DNA from: Longimicrobiales bacterium
Lineage (GTDB): Bacteria; Gemmatimonadota; Gemmatimonadetes; Longimicrobiales; Gaopeijiaceae
DNA: 64,000 nt
Assembly (NCBI GenBank): GCA_965204735.1
Contig: OZ242008.1
Coordinates: forward strand, 2,720,001 to 2,784,000
Direction of reading: 5' to 3'
Shown: piece after piece, positions 8,521 to 18,951 of the stretch
How positions within the stretch are numbered: position 1 is the first letter of the stretch
How the letters are laid out: each line of letters opens with the position of its first letter
Translations under genes and position numbers: made by a program
The notes under the pieces: model-generated
Database searches by the model: none
The model's input: only the letters and a program-made list of their open reading frames with translations
What the model was told of the DNA's origin: nothing

Positions 8521-10278
8521 TCAGTCGCCGAAGGGCCTGCCGCCCATGCGCTGGCGCATCCGCTCCATGCGCTCCTGCTGCTGGGCCTGGAGCTGCGCGG
8601 CGCCGATCAAGGCCAGCTCGTCGCCCTCTTCCAGGCCTGCCAGGATCTCGGCGTAGTCCCAGTCGCTGAGCCCCATCACCACGGCGCGCGGGGCGATCAC
8701 GCCGGCCTCGTCCATCACAAAGGCGACCGCGGGCTGGAAGGTCGGGTCGCCGGTGGAACCTCCGCGGGCCGCCCTTTCGAGCGCGCCGGGGCCGAACGCG
8801 GCGCCCGCAACGCCCGACGGCAAGCGGCCTCCGGCGGGGCTGCGCGCCGAGGCATCGTCCGGGGCGGCGCGACGGCCCGCTGGTGCGGCTGCACGAGGCA
8901 CATCGGCCGAGGCATCGGCCGAGGCATCGTCCGGAGCGCCGTCCGGGGCGCCTTCCGGGGCGGCGCGACCCTCCGAAGCATCGCGACGGTCCGAGGCGGC
9001 GCCACCGGCTTCTCCGGCCGCCGCGCCCTCGCCGCGACGGCCTTGGCGTCTCTCTCGGGCGGCGGCAAAGATCGCCCGGGCCGAGTCCACGGTGATCTCG
9101 CCCGCCTCCACCTTGGCCCGCACCTCCGCCATTGGGCCGGCGAGAGCTCCGCCCGCGCCTCCCGCGCCGAACCTGCCGGCGGCGCTCGGCGACCCCTGCA
9201 CGCCCGCCTTGGCGGCCGCCTCGGCCATGAGCGGTCCCCATGCGGCCCGGTCTATCGACACGTTGGGGTCGAGGCCCAGCACCTCGGCGGCGGGCGCCAG
9301 CTCCCGAACCTGCACCACGGCGTTGTTCGGCACCGTGAGGGCGCCCAGCCGCTCGTTCACCAGGACCTCCACCTCGGCGTTCATCCCGGGCTTCAGCAGC
9401 CCGGAGCGGTTGTCCAGCAGCACGATCACCGGAAACATCGTGACGTTCTGCACCACCACGGCCTGGGGCTCGATCTTCTCGATCCGCCCCTGGAACGTCC
9501 TGTCCGGGAAGGCCTCGACGCCCACCGTCGCGCCCATCCCCGCCACGAGCTGCCCCATGTCCGTCTCGTCCACCAGCGTGCGGACGCGCATGTCGTCCAA
9601 GTTGGCCATGACGAAGAGGGTCGTGCCCCCCGAGACGTTGCCCGTGGCAGACTGGATGACCTGGCCGTTCTCGACGAGCCGCTCCAGGATCGTGCCCGAG
9701 ACGGGCGCCCGAATCGTCACGTCGGTCAGGCGCAGCTCGGCCAGCTCCAGGTTGGTCTGCGCCCTTACGAGGGCGGCTCGGGCGTTGGCGTGCTCGAGCT
9801 CCTGCTGCTCGTACTCCTGCGCGGTGATGACCTCCGAGTCGAGGAGCTCCTGGGAGCGCCCAAGCTGGGCCTCGGCGATCGAGAGCCGGGCCTGGGCCAC
9901 GTCCAGGTCGGCGGTGGCCTGGTCGTGGGCGTTCTCCACGTCCCGGGGGTCGACCCGCGCCAGCAGCGTGCCGGGCTCCACTTCGTCGCCCGAGTCCACG
10001 TAGAGCTGCAGTATCTCGCCGGACGCCTTCGACTTGACCTCGACCTTGTAGACGGGTTCGAGCTCGCCGGAGGCCTCTGCGGTGATCCGCATGTCCCTGA
10101 CCTCGGCGGGCGCCGTCTGGACGATCACTCCGTCTTCCTCGGCCGCACCCGCGCAAGCGGCGAGCCCCCACGCGACGGAGACCCCCAGGGCCGCCCAAGC
10201 CGCGGCGGGAGGTCGCCGGTCGCCGGCTCCGAGCCGCCGGCCGGAGTCCGTCCCCTCTTGCCCGACGCGCCGCATCAC
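8521..10278 (-). CDS. Efflux periplasmic adaptor (MacA/HlyD-like)
   Basis: [36 protein letters not shown]; low-complexity Ala/Pro/Gly insertion near the C-terminus. Confidence 0.9.
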   Translation of the reverse strand: MMRRVGQEGTDSGRRLGAGDRRPPAAAWAALGVSVAWGLAACAGAAEEDGVIVQTAPAEVRDMRITAEASGELEPVYKVEVKSKASGEILQLYVDSGDEVEPGTLLARVDPRDVENAHDQATADLDVAQARLSIAEAQLGRSQELLDSEVITAQEYEQQELEHANARAALVRAQTNLELAELRLTDVTIRAPVSGTILERLVENGQVIQSATGNVSGGTTLFVMANLDDMRVRTLVDETDMGQLVAGMGATVGVEAFPDRTFQGRIEKIEPQAVVVQNVTMFPVIVLLDNRSGLLKPGMNAEVEVLVNERLGALTVPNNAVVQVRELAPAAEVLGLDPNVSIDRAAWGPLMAEAAAKAGVQGSPSAAGRFGAGGAGGALAGPMAEVRAKVEAGEITVDSARAIFAAARERRQGRRGEGAAAGEAGGAASDRRDASEGRAAPEGAPDGAPDDASADASADVPRAAAPAGRRAAPDDASARSPAGGRLPSGVAGAAFGPGALERAARGGSTGDPTFQPAVAFVMDEAGVIAPRAVVMGLSDWDYAEILAGLEEGDELALIGAAQLQAQQQERMERMRQRMGGRPFGD

Positions 10279-11024
10279 TTCGCCGCTCCCGTGTTGAGAA
10301 AGTCGCGCTCGACCAGTCCGTCCATCAGGTGAACCTGGCGGGACGCCGAGGCGGCGATGTCCGGCTCGTGGGTCACCAGCACGATCGTCTGGCCTGTTCC
10401 GTTGAGCTGCTTGAGGATCTCCACGATCTCGCGGGAGGTCTGGGAGTCCAGGTTGCCGGTGGGCTCGTCGGCCAGCAGGAGCGCCGGGTCGTTGACCAGC
10501 GCCCGGGCGATCGCGACCCGCTGCCTCTGCCCGCCCGACAGCTCGGGCGGCTTGTGCCCCATCCGGTCCGCCAGCCCCACTTGAGCGAGCTTCTCCTCGG
10601 CCTTGCGCTTCCGCTCCCTGGCCGGGGTTCCGGCGTAGATCAGGGGCAGCTCGACGTTGTGGAGCGAGGTCGCCCTCGGCAGCAGGTTGAAGGTCTGGAA
10701 GACGAAGCCGATGTCCCGGTTCCGCACCCGCGCCAGCTGGTCGTCGGAGAGCTCCGACACCTGCCGCCCGTTGAGCCAGTACTCGCCGGCGGTGGGCGTG
10801 TCCAGGCAGCCGATCAGGTTCATGAAGGTGGACTTGCCGCTGCCCGACGGACCCATGATGGCGACGAACTCGCCCTGGGCGATCTCCATGTCCACACCTC
10901 GGACCGCCCTCACCGTCTCCGCGCCCAGGACGTAGTACTTCCGCAGCCCCTGGGTCACGATGACCGCGCCGTTTCCGGCGGCGCCCGTCCGTCCGTCGCC
11001 GTTGCTTCCGTTCGTTTTCGTCAC
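10275..11024 (-). CDS. ABC transporter ATP-binding protein (LolD/MacB-like)
   Basis: Walker [10 protein letters not shown], signature LSGGQRQR, Walker [17 protein letters not shown]. Confidence 0.96.
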   Translation of the reverse strand: MTKTNGSNGDGRTGAAGNGAVIVTQGLRKYYVLGAETVRAVRGVDMEIAQGEFVAIMGPSGSGKSTFMNLIGCLDTPTAGEYWLNGRQVSELSDDQLARVRNRDIGFVFQTFNLLPRATSLHNVELPLIYAGTPARERKRKAEEKLAQVGLADRMGHKPPELSGGQRQRVAIARALVNDPALLLADEPTGNLDSQTSREIVEILKQLNGTGQTIVLVTHEPDIAASASRQVHLMDGLVERDFLNTGAAK

Positions 11025-12340
11025 AACGCTCTCCCCACTATGGATTCGAGTTCGGCCTTGGCCACAACGTAGTCGTACCGAGCCGACACCAAATCTGCTT
11101 CAGCTTGGTCCAGCGCGACTTGGCTCGTGATCATGTCCAGGATCGTCGCCATCTGCACCGCGTAGCGTTCCCGGATCAGCCGCAGGTCCTCTTCCGCCAC
11201 CAGCACCGCCTCCCTGGCGATGGCGATGGCCTGCTCCTGCGTCTCCAGCGTGCGAAGGGCGGCGTCCACATCCTGGCGCACTCCGCGCCGGGCGTCGTCC
11301 TCCGCAAGACGGGCCACCCGCCGGCTCTCCGACGCCTGGGAGACGTTCTGGGATCGCTGGAAGCCGTCGAAGAGGGTGTAGCTCATCGACGTTCGGAAGT
11401 TCCAGCTCGTGGTGCCTCCGCTGAACGCGGGCTGCTGGTTGGCCCACGCCGACCCGAACGACGCCGACACGCTGGGAAGGTACGAGGCCCGCGCGCTCCG
11501 CTCCGCCGACCCGGCCGTCGCCGCGGCCGCCCGAGCGGCCTGGACCGCCGGCGACGTCGATTCGGCCAAGGCGACGATCTCCTCCTCGCTCAGCGCCAGC
11601 GGCACCGGGTCCAGGTTGCCGGGCAGCCTCGGCGCCACCGGGCCGCTCGCGCCCACTTGGCGGCCCAGCGCGAAGTGGGCGGAACGAAGCTGGTTGCGGC
11701 TCTGGAGAAGGGCTTGCCGGGCGTTGGCCAGCTCCAGGCGGGCGCGCAGGCTGTCGGACCGCGTGCCGGTGCCGACCCGAACCCGGGTGCGGGTGATCTC
11801 CAGGCTCTCGTCGGCGCGGGCGACCCGGGCCTCCGCCACCTGAGCCAGCTCGGACTGGCGCAGGGCGTTCACGAAGAGGTTGCGCGTCTGAAAGAGGACG
11901 GTGAAGCGCTGGCTCGCCGTCCGCGCCTCGGCTTCGAGTATTCCCGACTCCGTCCGCCGCAGCTCGGAGAACTTCCGCCCTCCCTGAAAGAGCTGGTAGG
12001 ACAGGTTCAGCGAGCCGTTGTACGAGTCGGCGCTTCCGGTCACCACCCGCTGCGTGTTGGGGTCGAATCGGTTCTGGCTCTGCACCGACGCGCCGCCGGC
12101 CAGGCTCAGGTTGGGCAGAAAGGACCCCCAGGCCCGCCTTCGCGCGCTTCCCGCGTTGACGAGGGACGCCATGCTCTGGGCCAGCTGGGGACTGTGCACC
12201 AGCGAGAGCTCGAGCGCCTCCTCCAGGGCCACCGTGTCGGCCGGCGCCTGCTGGCCGCGCGCTTCCTTCGGGGGCGCCGCCGCCCCCGCCGCGCCGAACG
12301 CCCACAGCGCGACGAGCAAGCCCTTGGCTCCGGCCTTCAT
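11021..12340 (-). CDS. TolC-family outer membrane efflux protein
   Basis: Signal peptide from MKAGAKG (ATG 12340); two TolC repeats (FLPNLSL, YLPSVSA); ends [17 protein letters not shown]. Confidence 0.9.
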   Translation of the reverse strand: MKAGAKGLLVALWAFGAAGAAAPPKEARGQQAPADTVALEEALELSLVHSPQLAQSMASLVNAGSARRRAWGSFLPNLSLAGGASVQSQNRFDPNTQRVVTGSADSYNGSLNLSYQLFQGGRKFSELRRTESGILEAEARTASQRFTVLFQTRNLFVNALRQSELAQVAEARVARADESLEITRTRVRVGTGTRSDSLRARLELANARQALLQSRNQLRSAHFALGRQVGASGPVAPRLPGNLDPVPLALSEEEIVALAESTSPAVQAARAAAATAGSAERSARASYLPSVSASFGSAWANQQPAFSGGTTSWNFRTSMSYTLFDGFQRSQNVSQASESRRVARLAEDDARRGVRQDVDAALRTLETQEQAIAIAREAVLVAEEDLRLIRERYAVQMATILDMITSQVALDQAEADLVSARYDYVVAKAELESIVGRAL

Positions 12341-12807
12341 CTTCCGGCCCTCCCGTCGTCGTGGGACCGGCCGCTTCCCCGGGGCATCCGTCCCCGATCC
12401 CGTCCCCGATCCCGGCCTCGCCCGTCGTAGCGCGCGGAGAGCAGGGAGTCGTAGGCCTCCACCTGGGCCGGCGTGAGGACCGATCGGATCGAGTCGCGAG
12501 CCTGGGCGATCAGCGCGCGCTGCCTTGGCCGGTACGCCTCTTCGAACTCCCGGTCCAGCGCGCGCATCTGCGCTCCGAAGTGGTCGATGATGTCGTCGAC
12601 CTTGGCGCGGGTGGCCGGGTCCAGGCCGATCTCGTGAATGACCAGAGAGCGGCGCTCCGGGCCGTCGCCCCGGGACCTGGGGGCTTCCGCCGGGGCGGGC
12701 TGCGCGTCGCCGCTCCGCCATGCCAGCCCCGCCGCGAAGCCGGCGGCAAGGGTCAGCAGCAGGAGGACCGCCGAGACGAGCCGGGGGTGCTTTGGCGCGA
12801 TCGTCAC
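12337..12807 (-). CDS. Periplasmic helical protein, Spy/CpxP-like
   Basis: N-terminal TM/signal; IRSVLTPAQ resembles the LTxxQ motif; lies between anti-sigma and TolC with overlapping codons. Confidence 0.6.
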   Translation of the reverse strand: MTIAPKHPRLVSAVLLLLTLAAGFAAGLAWRSGDAQPAPAEAPRSRGDGPERRSLVIHEIGLDPATRAKVDDIIDHFGAQMRALDREFEEAYRPRQRALIAQARDSIRSVLTPAQVEAYDSLLSARYDGRGRDRGRDRGRMPRGSGRSHDDGRAGR

Positions 12808-13193
12808 CGGCCGGCCTCCACCAGAGTCATGAAGGCCGTCGGCGCGCCGTCGCCCGCTCCGCTGATGATCGTCCGATAGAAGCCCTCGCCGACCTCGTTC
12901 TCCAGCATGTCCTCCAGGGCCATGGCGGGCGGGGCCGCCGGCGCCGGATCGTTCCAGGCGATCGCGCCCGCCAGGAAGGCGGCGACCAGGCCGGCCGCGA
13001 CCGCCAGCGGGATCAGGCTCCGGGACCAGCCCGTGAGGACCGTCTCCACCGACGTCCGCGCCCGCGTGCGCCGCGCTGCGAGCTCGAGGGCGGCCTTTTC
13101 CAGGACCCTGGCCCGGAACCGGTCCCAGTACTGCGGGGACGCGGAGGCCGGGTCGACCGCCTTCAGGGCTTCGATTCGGGTTCCGTCGTTCAT
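12804..13193 (-). CDS. Putative anti-sigma factor (single TM)
   Basis: Follows the ECF gene; YWDRFRARV motif and TM helix LIPLAVAAGLVAAFLAGAI. Confidence 0.7.
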   Translation of the reverse strand: MNDGTRIEALKAVDPASASPQYWDRFRARVLEKAALELAARRTRARTSVETVLTGWSRSLIPLAVAAGLVAAFLAGAIAWNDPAPAAPPAMALEDMLENEVGEGFYRTIISGAGDGAPTAFMTLVEAGR

Positions 13194-13224
13194 TGTCGGC
13201 CTCGGGGGCATTGGCCTCGGTTGG

Positions 13225-13773
13225 CTACTCGTCGTCCTTCCACCCTGCCAGCTCCGTCCGCAGCGCCTTCCTTGCGAAGTGGAGGTGAGAGCGCACGGTG
13301 CCGGAAGGGATGCCGAGGCGCTCCGCAATCTCGTCGTGCTTCCATCCCTCCCAGTCGTGGAGGAGGACGATCTCCCGCTGCACCTCGGGCAACGTCTGCA
13401 ACGCCGCCTCCAACCGGCTCCGAAGCGCAGCCAGCTGCGCCGCCTTCGCCGGGCTCGGCTCCTTCGAGTGGGCGGTGTCGGGGATCGGGTCCCCGCTCCG
13501 CAGGCTTTCGCGCCGGACCAAGTTCCGCGCGCGGTTCCTGACGATCGAGAGGAACCAGGCGCCGAACCGGGCCGGGTTGCGACAGTCGTCCAGCCGCTGC
13601 AAAGCAGTCAGAAACGCCTCCTGTGCCGCGTCCTCCGCGTCCTGGTGGTTGCCGGCGACCGACAGCGCCACCGAGTACGCCGGCCTTTGGTAGCGTCGGA
13701 CAAGTTCGCCGAAGGCGTCGTGATCACCGGAACGAGCCAGGGCGACGAGTTCGGTGTCGGAAAGCTCCTTCAT
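13225..13773 (-). CDS. ECF sigma factor
   Basis: SDTELVALARSGDHDAFGELVRRY, DAEDAAQEAF, FGAWFLSIVRN, LLHDWEGWKHDEIAERLGIPSGTVRSHLHFARK; ATG 13773 preceded by AAGAAGGA. Confidence 0.94.
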   Translation of the reverse strand: MKELSDTELVALARSGDHDAFGELVRRYQRPAYSVALSVAGNHQDAEDAAQEAFLTALQRLDDCRNPARFGAWFLSIVRNRARNLVRRESLRSGDPIPDTAHSKEPSPAKAAQLAALRSRLEAALQTLPEVQREIVLLHDWEGWKHDEIAERLGIPSGTVRSHLHFARKALRTELAGWKDDE

Positions 13774-13783
13774 TCCTTCTTGT

Positions 13784-13810
13784 GACACGCGGGGGCGCGT
13801 TCTCGTTGAA
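13784..13810 (-). promoter_or_regulatory. Putative ECF promoter (TTCAAC-N17-TGTC on minus strand)
   Basis: Same AAC-N18-GTC spacing as at 4630-4656, immediately upstream of the second ECF gene. Confidence 0.5.
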
Positions 13811-13831
13811 GCGCTGAAGCTCCCCTGGGCG

Positions 13832-14545
13832 TCACCCGCCAGTGCGAAGGGCGGTCCGCCGGGCAAGGCGTCGTCGAGCGGCTCGTCGCCGGGCCACGGG
13901 GCTGTCCCCCCCGTCCTCCGGCTGCTCCGGCTGCCGGCGCTTCGGGGAGGGCGCCGTCGTCGGCGGGTCGGCCGCAGGCCCCGTCGGCGGCGGATCGGCT
14001 GCGGGCACCGCAGCCGGCGGATCGGTCGCAGGCCTCGCAGCCGGCGGATCGGTCGCAGGCACCGCAGCGGGAGGATCGGCCGCGGGTCCCGCAGCGTGTC
14101 GGCGACCCTGCTCGGCGGGCGCCGTCGCGGTCGGGTCGGCCTCCTGGACCGCGTCCTTCCGAGCGGAGCGATCTCGGGCGGCGACCGCCACCGCCGCCAG
14201 CGCCTCGTCCGGGACTTGGGCAAGCCGGGCGCCGACCACGTACGTCGCGTCCTCGGCGTCGGCGTCGGCGCCACCGCCGCTGGGCGGCTCCGGAACGACC
14301 CGCAGCAGCGGAACGGGGCCTGGGGAGCGGGCGCCGGTCGTCGAGGCGCCGGTCGCGCGGAACGTCCACGTCTCGCCGTCCACGTCGACCTGCCGTGAAC
14401 GGGCGTCGGCCACGGGCCCGGGGCGGCCCGGCGGAGGAGCAGGCGGGCGCGGCACGGGGCGGGGTTCGGCCCCGCGTCGGTTCGGGGAAGCCCCCGGAGA
14501 CGGCGGACGGCCGGGGGCGCCGGTTCCGGAAGCCGGCTCGCTCAC
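13832..14545 (-). CDS. Hypothetical protein with Pro/Ala-rich repeats
   Basis: GTG overlaps the HNH stop; globular core RQVDVDGETWTFRATG...YVVGARLAQVPDEAL, then a repeat tail. Confidence 0.55.
   Translation of the reverse strand: MSEPASGTGAPGRPPSPGASPNRRGAEPRPVPRPPAPPPGRPGPVADARSRQVDVDGETWTFRATGASTTGARSPGPVPLLRVVPEPPSGGGADADAEDATYVVGARLAQVPDEALAAVAVAARDRSARKDAVQEADPTATAPAEQGRRHAAGPAADPPAAVPATDPPAARPATDPPAAVPAADPPPTGPAADPPTTAPSPKRRQPEQPEDGGDSPVARRRAARRRLARRTALRTGG
13962..14096. repeat. Imperfect tandem repeat, 5 x 27 bp, in frame (DPPAAVPAA-like)
   Basis: Units such as GGCGGATCGGTCGCAGGCACCGCAGCG. Confidence 0.85.
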
Positions 14546-15105
14546 GGCTGCTCCCCTGGAGGACGCGGCAGCGGCACGACGTCCTCGCCGAAGAAGAGAC
14601 GGATGTACTTGGCCTGCACCGGCGTGACCCGCCGCACCGCCCACACCAGCCGCACGTGGTTCGGCTCGCCCGGAGTCCGGGTCAGCCGCAGGCCGGCCTC
14701 GTGGGGCAGCCGGCTCCCCTTCCGGTGATTGCAGGTGGAGCACGCCGTCACGACGTTCTCCCACTCGTTGCCGCCGCCCCGGGAGATGGGCACCACGTGG
14801 TCGCGGGTCAGGCTCTCCCTGTCTCGAAGGCGCCGCTTGTGGCGGCCGCAGTACTGGCAGGCGTAGCCGTCGCGGGCGAAGAGGAAGGTGTTGGTCACCT
14901 GCCGCCGGAACCGTCGGGGAACGTGGACGTAGCGCACCAGGCGGATCACCACCGGGAAGGGATGACGGGACCGCACCGACCGGAAGGCGCGCGCGGCGTC
15001 CTCCTCCAGCACCTCCGCCTTCTGCTCCAGCACCAAGCGGACCGCCCGCCTCGCGGGGACGATCATCAGAGGCTCGTAGGAAGCGTTCAGGGCCAGGCAG
15101 CTCAC
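14542..15105 (-). CDS. HNH endonuclease (McrA-like)
   Basis: LALNASYEPL, LFARDGYACQYCG, LTRDHVVPISRGGGNEWENVVTACSTCNHRKG. Confidence 0.92.
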   Translation of the reverse strand: MSCLALNASYEPLMIVPARRAVRLVLEQKAEVLEEDAARAFRSVRSRHPFPVVIRLVRYVHVPRRFRRQVTNTFLFARDGYACQYCGRHKRRLRDRESLTRDHVVPISRGGGNEWENVVTACSTCNHRKGSRLPHEAGLRLTRTPGEPNHVRLVWAVRRVTPVQAKYIRLFFGEDVVPLPRPPGEQP

Positions 15106-15256
15106 GGGACTGGGCTCGTGTTGGTGCTCGAAGGGGCTTGGCGGGAGCGTCGCGTCGTCGGTCGGTCGGGACGGGTCGCCCAGCCTCGGGGAGCGACCGC
15201 GAGCCGCGGCAGTGGTCCGGGCGGCTCGTCGGATCGACCCATGGATTCTAACCAAC

Positions 15257-17701
15257 CTACATCAGGTTCAAGGGGTCGCGGTCGATGGAGACGCGGACCC
15301 GGGAGCCCTCCGCCTCGAAATCGTCGGCCGCGGCGTGGAGCGCGCGTCCCACGCCGGCCGCAGTCCCCCGGACCAGCACGTGCCAGCGGAAGCGGCCCCG
15401 AATCTTCTCGATCGGCGCCGGGGCCGGTCCCAGCACTTCGGCGCCGTTCGGGGCGCGCTTCCGAAGCCACGCCGCCAGCAGGTCGGCGTTCCGAAGGGCG
15501 TCTTCCTGGACGGGAGAGTGGACGAGCAGACGGGCCATCCGCATGAACGGCGGGTAGGCGGGGTCGGCCCGCGCCTTCGTCTCCCGCTCGACGAACCCCC
15601 GGTAGTCGTGGGCTCGGGCGGCGCGGACGACGTAGTGGTCGGGAACCCGCGTCTGAATCACCACGTCGCCCGGCAGGCTTCCCCGGCCGGCCCGTCCCGC
15701 CACCTGGGCCAGCAGGTGGAAGGTGCGCTCGCTCGCCCGGAAGTCGGGCAGGTGAAGTCCCACGTCCGCGTCGACCACCCCCACCAGCGTGACCCGGGGG
15801 AAGTCCAGTCCCTTGGCGATCATCTGGGTCCCCAGCAGGACGTCCACGGCGCCGTCCCTAAGCCGGCCCAAGATCTCGTGGTGAGACCACTTTCCCCGCG
15901 TCGTGTCCATGTCCATGCGCGCCACGCGGGCGGACGGCAGGCACTCCCGCAGAACACGCTCGACCTGCTCCGTGCCGAGCCCTCGGTAGGAGAGGTCGGC
16001 GCCGCCGCATCGGTCGCAGCGGAGCGGAGGCGGCTCGGAGTGGCCGCAGTGATGGCAGGCGAGGACGCGGCGGCTGCGGTGGTAGGTGAGCGAGACCGAA
16101 CAGCGGACGCACTGCCGCACGTCCCCGCACTCTCGGCAGCGGCAGACGTTGGCGTAGCCTCGGCGGTTCAGCAGCAGGATCGCCTGCTCCTTTCGGGCGA
16201 GGCACCGATCGAGGGCCTGGGCGAGCATGGGGGAAAGGACGTCGTCGGGCGGGACCCGGGCGGACGCCGCCGCGGCGGGGGCGTCCCGGGCGCCGGCGCG
16301 AGCGTCGCGGGAGTCGGCGTGGACCTGCCCGGCTTGGGCGTGGGTCTCGCCGGCTTGGGCGTGGGCCTCGCCGGCTTGGGCGTGGGCCTGGCCGGCTTGG
16401 GCGGAGTTGGCATGGGTCTGTTTGGCTTTGGCGTCGGCGGCGCCGGCGGCGCCCGACCCGGGTTCGGCCCCGCCTGCAACCGGCTTCTTGCGCAGGTCGG
16501 CGATGCGCACCTTGGGGAGGACGCCGCCGCCCACCCTCTCGGGAAGCGAGATCAAGCGGTACTTGCCCGACGCCGCGTTGGCCCAGCTCTCGAGCGCCGG
16601 CGTCGCCGAGCCCAGCACGCACACGGCGCCGGCGCGGGCGGCCCGCACCACGGCCACGTCCCGGGCGTTGTAGCGCGGCGCCTTGTCCGACTGCTTGTAG
16701 CTGGGCTCGTGCTCCTCGTCCACCACCACGACCCCTAGGCGCCGCACCGGGGCGAAGACGGCCGACCGGGCGCCCACCGCCACCCTCTTCCGACCCGCCC
16801 GGAGCTCTTGCCAGGCGTCGAAGCGCTCGCCGTCGGAAAGGCCCGAGTGAAGGACGGCCACCGCGTCGCCGAACGCCTGCCGGAAGCGGGACACGGTCTG
16901 GGGCGTCAGGGCGATCTCGGGGACGAGGGCCACCCCGCCTTCGCCCCGGGCGAGGACTCGCTTCAGCAGCTCGACGTACACCAGCGTCTTGCCCGAGCCC
17001 GTGACGCCGTGGAGCAGGAACGCGGCGCCTCCCTTCCCCAGGGCGCCTGCAAGCCGATCCACCGCCTTGCGCTGGTGGCGCGTGGGCACGAGGGCTGGTC
17101 CCTTGGCCGCCGGCACGTCCCGAAAGGGATCCCGGAGGACCGCCTCGCGTTCCACCTTGGCCACGCGTCGACGGACGAGGCCGGCGAGGATCGCCCGGCT
17201 GAAGCCCTGCTCCAGCATTGCGGCGACCGGCAGCGCGCCCCCGGCCCCCTGCAGCCGCTCGTACGCCTCCCGCTGGCGCGCGGCCCGTCCGAAGACCCGC
17301 TGCATCTCGTCCAGCGTACCGATCTCCTGCTCCACCCTGACCACCGAACGGGTCGCCGGCTTCGGCAGCTTCCACCGGCCCGAGAAGGCGGCCGGGGCCA
17401 TGGTGCGCAGGACGATCCCCGGCGGCGCCACGTAGTAGTCCGCGATCCATCGGGCCAGCTCCAGAAGCTCGCCGGCGACCGAGGGCTCGGCGTCCAGCAC
17501 CGCCTTCACGTCCACCAGCCCTGGCACTTCGTTCCCGGGCCCGAGGACCCATCCCACCATGGTCCGGCCCCGGAAGGCAACCCTGACCCGGGTGCCCGGC
17601 GACGGGGCGGCTCCCCGAACGCGGTAGCTGAACGTCTGGCGGAGCGGGACGGGGACCGCCACCTCCACCAGCGACTCCGGCGGGGTCCGGCCCCGGGACA
17701 C
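15257..17701 (-). CDS. priA: Primosomal protein N' (replication restart helicase)
   Basis: VAVPVPLRQTFSY, LHGVTGSGKT, LVPEIALTPQ, VVDEEHEPSYKQ, LGSATP, LNRRG, four CxxC pairs, GTQMIAKGLDFP, QVAGRAGR. Confidence 0.96.
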   Translation of the reverse strand: MSRGRTPPESLVEVAVPVPLRQTFSYRVRGAAPSPGTRVRVAFRGRTMVGWVLGPGNEVPGLVDVKAVLDAEPSVAGELLELARWIADYYVAPPGIVLRTMAPAAFSGRWKLPKPATRSVVRVEQEIGTLDEMQRVFGRAARQREAYERLQGAGGALPVAAMLEQGFSRAILAGLVRRRVAKVEREAVLRDPFRDVPAAKGPALVPTRHQRKAVDRLAGALGKGGAAFLLHGVTGSGKTLVYVELLKRVLARGEGGVALVPEIALTPQTVSRFRQAFGDAVAVLHSGLSDGERFDAWQELRAGRKRVAVGARSAVFAPVRRLGVVVVDEEHEPSYKQSDKAPRYNARDVAVVRAARAGAVCVLGSATPALESWANAASGKYRLISLPERVGGGVLPKVRIADLRKKPVAGGAEPGSGAAGAADAKAKQTHANSAQAGQAHAQAGEAHAQAGETHAQAGQVHADSRDARAGARDAPAAAASARVPPDDVLSPMLAQALDRCLARKEQAILLLNRRGYANVCRCRECGDVRQCVRCSVSLTYHRSRRVLACHHCGHSEPPPLRCDRCGGADLSYRGLGTEQVERVLRECLPSARVARMDMDTTRGKWSHHEILGRLRDGAVDVLLGTQMIAKGLDFPRVTLVGVVDADVGLHLPDFRASERTFHLLAQVAGRAGRGSLPGDVVIQTRVPDHYVVRAARAHDYRGFVERETKARADPAYPPFMRMARLLVHSPVQEDALRNADLLAAWLRKRAPNGAEVLGPAPAPIEKIRGRFRWHVLVRGTAAGVGRALHAAADDFEAEGSRVRVSIDRDPLNLM
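16316..16399. repeat. Tandem repeat, 4 x 21 bp, inside priA (QAGEAHA-like)
   Basis: Units of the form GGCGTGGnnnnnnCCGGCTTG repeated in frame. Confidence 0.9.
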
Positions 17702-17712
17702 GGAAGCCCGGG

Positions 17713-18951
17713 TCAGTCCACGGGGAAGAGGAAGACGTCCTGCTGCGGTTCGTCCACGGTCACTTCGGGGCCGTCGGGTCCCATGTGGACGTTGATCTCG
17801 GTGCGGATGCCCACATCTCCCGGCACGTATATCCCCGGCTCCACCGAGAAGCCGACGCCCGGCACCAGCGCTCGGTCGTCGCGGGTCTCCAGGTTGTCCA
17901 GGTTGGGACCCCGACCGTGGATGTCGCGGTCGATGGAGTGGCCCGTGCGGTGGATGAAGCGTTCGCCCCATCCCGCGTCCGCGACGACCCCGCGCGCCAC
18001 GTCGTCCACCTCGAAGCCCCGGATCACGTCCCCCCTCGCCCACCGGGAGCGGAGCGAGTCCACCACGGCGTCCCTGGCGGCGGCCACGGCGTTCCAAAGC
18101 CGCCCGTACCTGGAGGGAAGCTCGCGGCCCATGTAGCCCATCCAGGTCTGGTCGGCGGGGGCCGACTCGTCGTGGAGCGCCCCCCACAGGTCGATGAGGA
18201 GCAGGTCGCCGGGGCGGATCGGCTCTCCGACTTCGCCGGGATCGTAGTGCGGGTCGGAGGCGGTGGGACCGATGGCGACGATGCAGTCCCGCTGGGCGGG
18301 AGCCCCTCGCCGGACGAGCTCGTCGCGGATCCACGACGCCAGTGCGCCTTCGGTGATCGAGTCGCCCCCGGCCAAGCGCTCCGCGGCCCGCTGGAAGGCG
18401 TCGGCGGCCAGCTCCTTCACCAGGGCCGAAGCCCGGCCGTGCTCCTCTCGCTGGGCGGGCGTCCACACGGCGTAGAAGGTGGACACCAGGTCGCCCGAAC
18501 CGACGAGTTCCACGCCGGTGGACCGGATCATCTCCTTTGCGCCGGCGGGGAGGAGGTCCAGGTACGGCACCGCCCCGCCCTCCGACGTCTCGGCGGCGAC
18601 CCGGGAGCATCCGTCCAGAAGCGCCTTCAGGCCGTCCCGCATCTGGCGCCAGCTGGAGTAGCTCGCCTTGGGCCACTCCAGGTGCCGCCACGACGAGCGC
18701 TCGATGGCGTGGATCAGGAGGCGGGGACGACCCTCGGCGGGCACCAGCGCGAAGCCGCGACGGGTGGTCCACTCCAGCCCCAGCAGCGCCCGCCCGATCG
18801 GGTTGCGGTCCTTGAAGTCGTAGAGGAGCCACCCGTCCAGCTCCCTTTCCCGCAGCGCGCCCTGCACCCGGGCGACGCCCTCGTCGGTCGCCAGCAACGC
18901 CTGGGACGCGCCCTGCCTCCCGGCGGCGACCCCGTGCGCGGCGTCATGCAT
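17713..18951 (-). CDS. M24 family metallopeptidase (Xaa-Pro aminopeptidase-like)
   Basis: DPHY, LLIDLW, ADQTW, FIHRTGHSI, FSVEPGIY, GIRTE. Confidence 0.92.
   Translation of the reverse strand: MHDAAHGVAAGRQGASQALLATDEGVARVQGALRERELDGWLLYDFKDRNPIGRALLGLEWTTRRGFALVPAEGRPRLLIHAIERSSWRHLEWPKASYSSWRQMRDGLKALLDGCSRVAAETSEGGAVPYLDLLPAGAKEMIRSTGVELVGSGDLVSTFYAVWTPAQREEHGRASALVKELAADAFQRAAERLAGGDSITEGALASWIRDELVRRGAPAQRDCIVAIGPTASDPHYDPGEVGEPIRPGDLLLIDLWGALHDESAPADQTWMGYMGRELPSRYGRLWNAVAAARDAVVDSLRSRWARGDVIRGFEVDDVARGVVADAGWGERFIHRTGHSIDRDIHGRGPNLDNLETRDDRALVPGVGFSVEPGIYVPGDVGIRTEINVHMGPDGPEVTVDEPQQDVFLFPVD

Noticed and set aside
14542..15105. HNH gene as a mobile homing or defence nuclease
   Set aside because: Host-like composition, belongs to the common LNASYEPL-type family, and sits among housekeeping genes with no intron or methylase.
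15257..18832. 1191-aa PriA with long N-terminal extension
   Set aside because: The extension is off-frame read-through over the M24 peptidase; PriA similarity starts near 17701.
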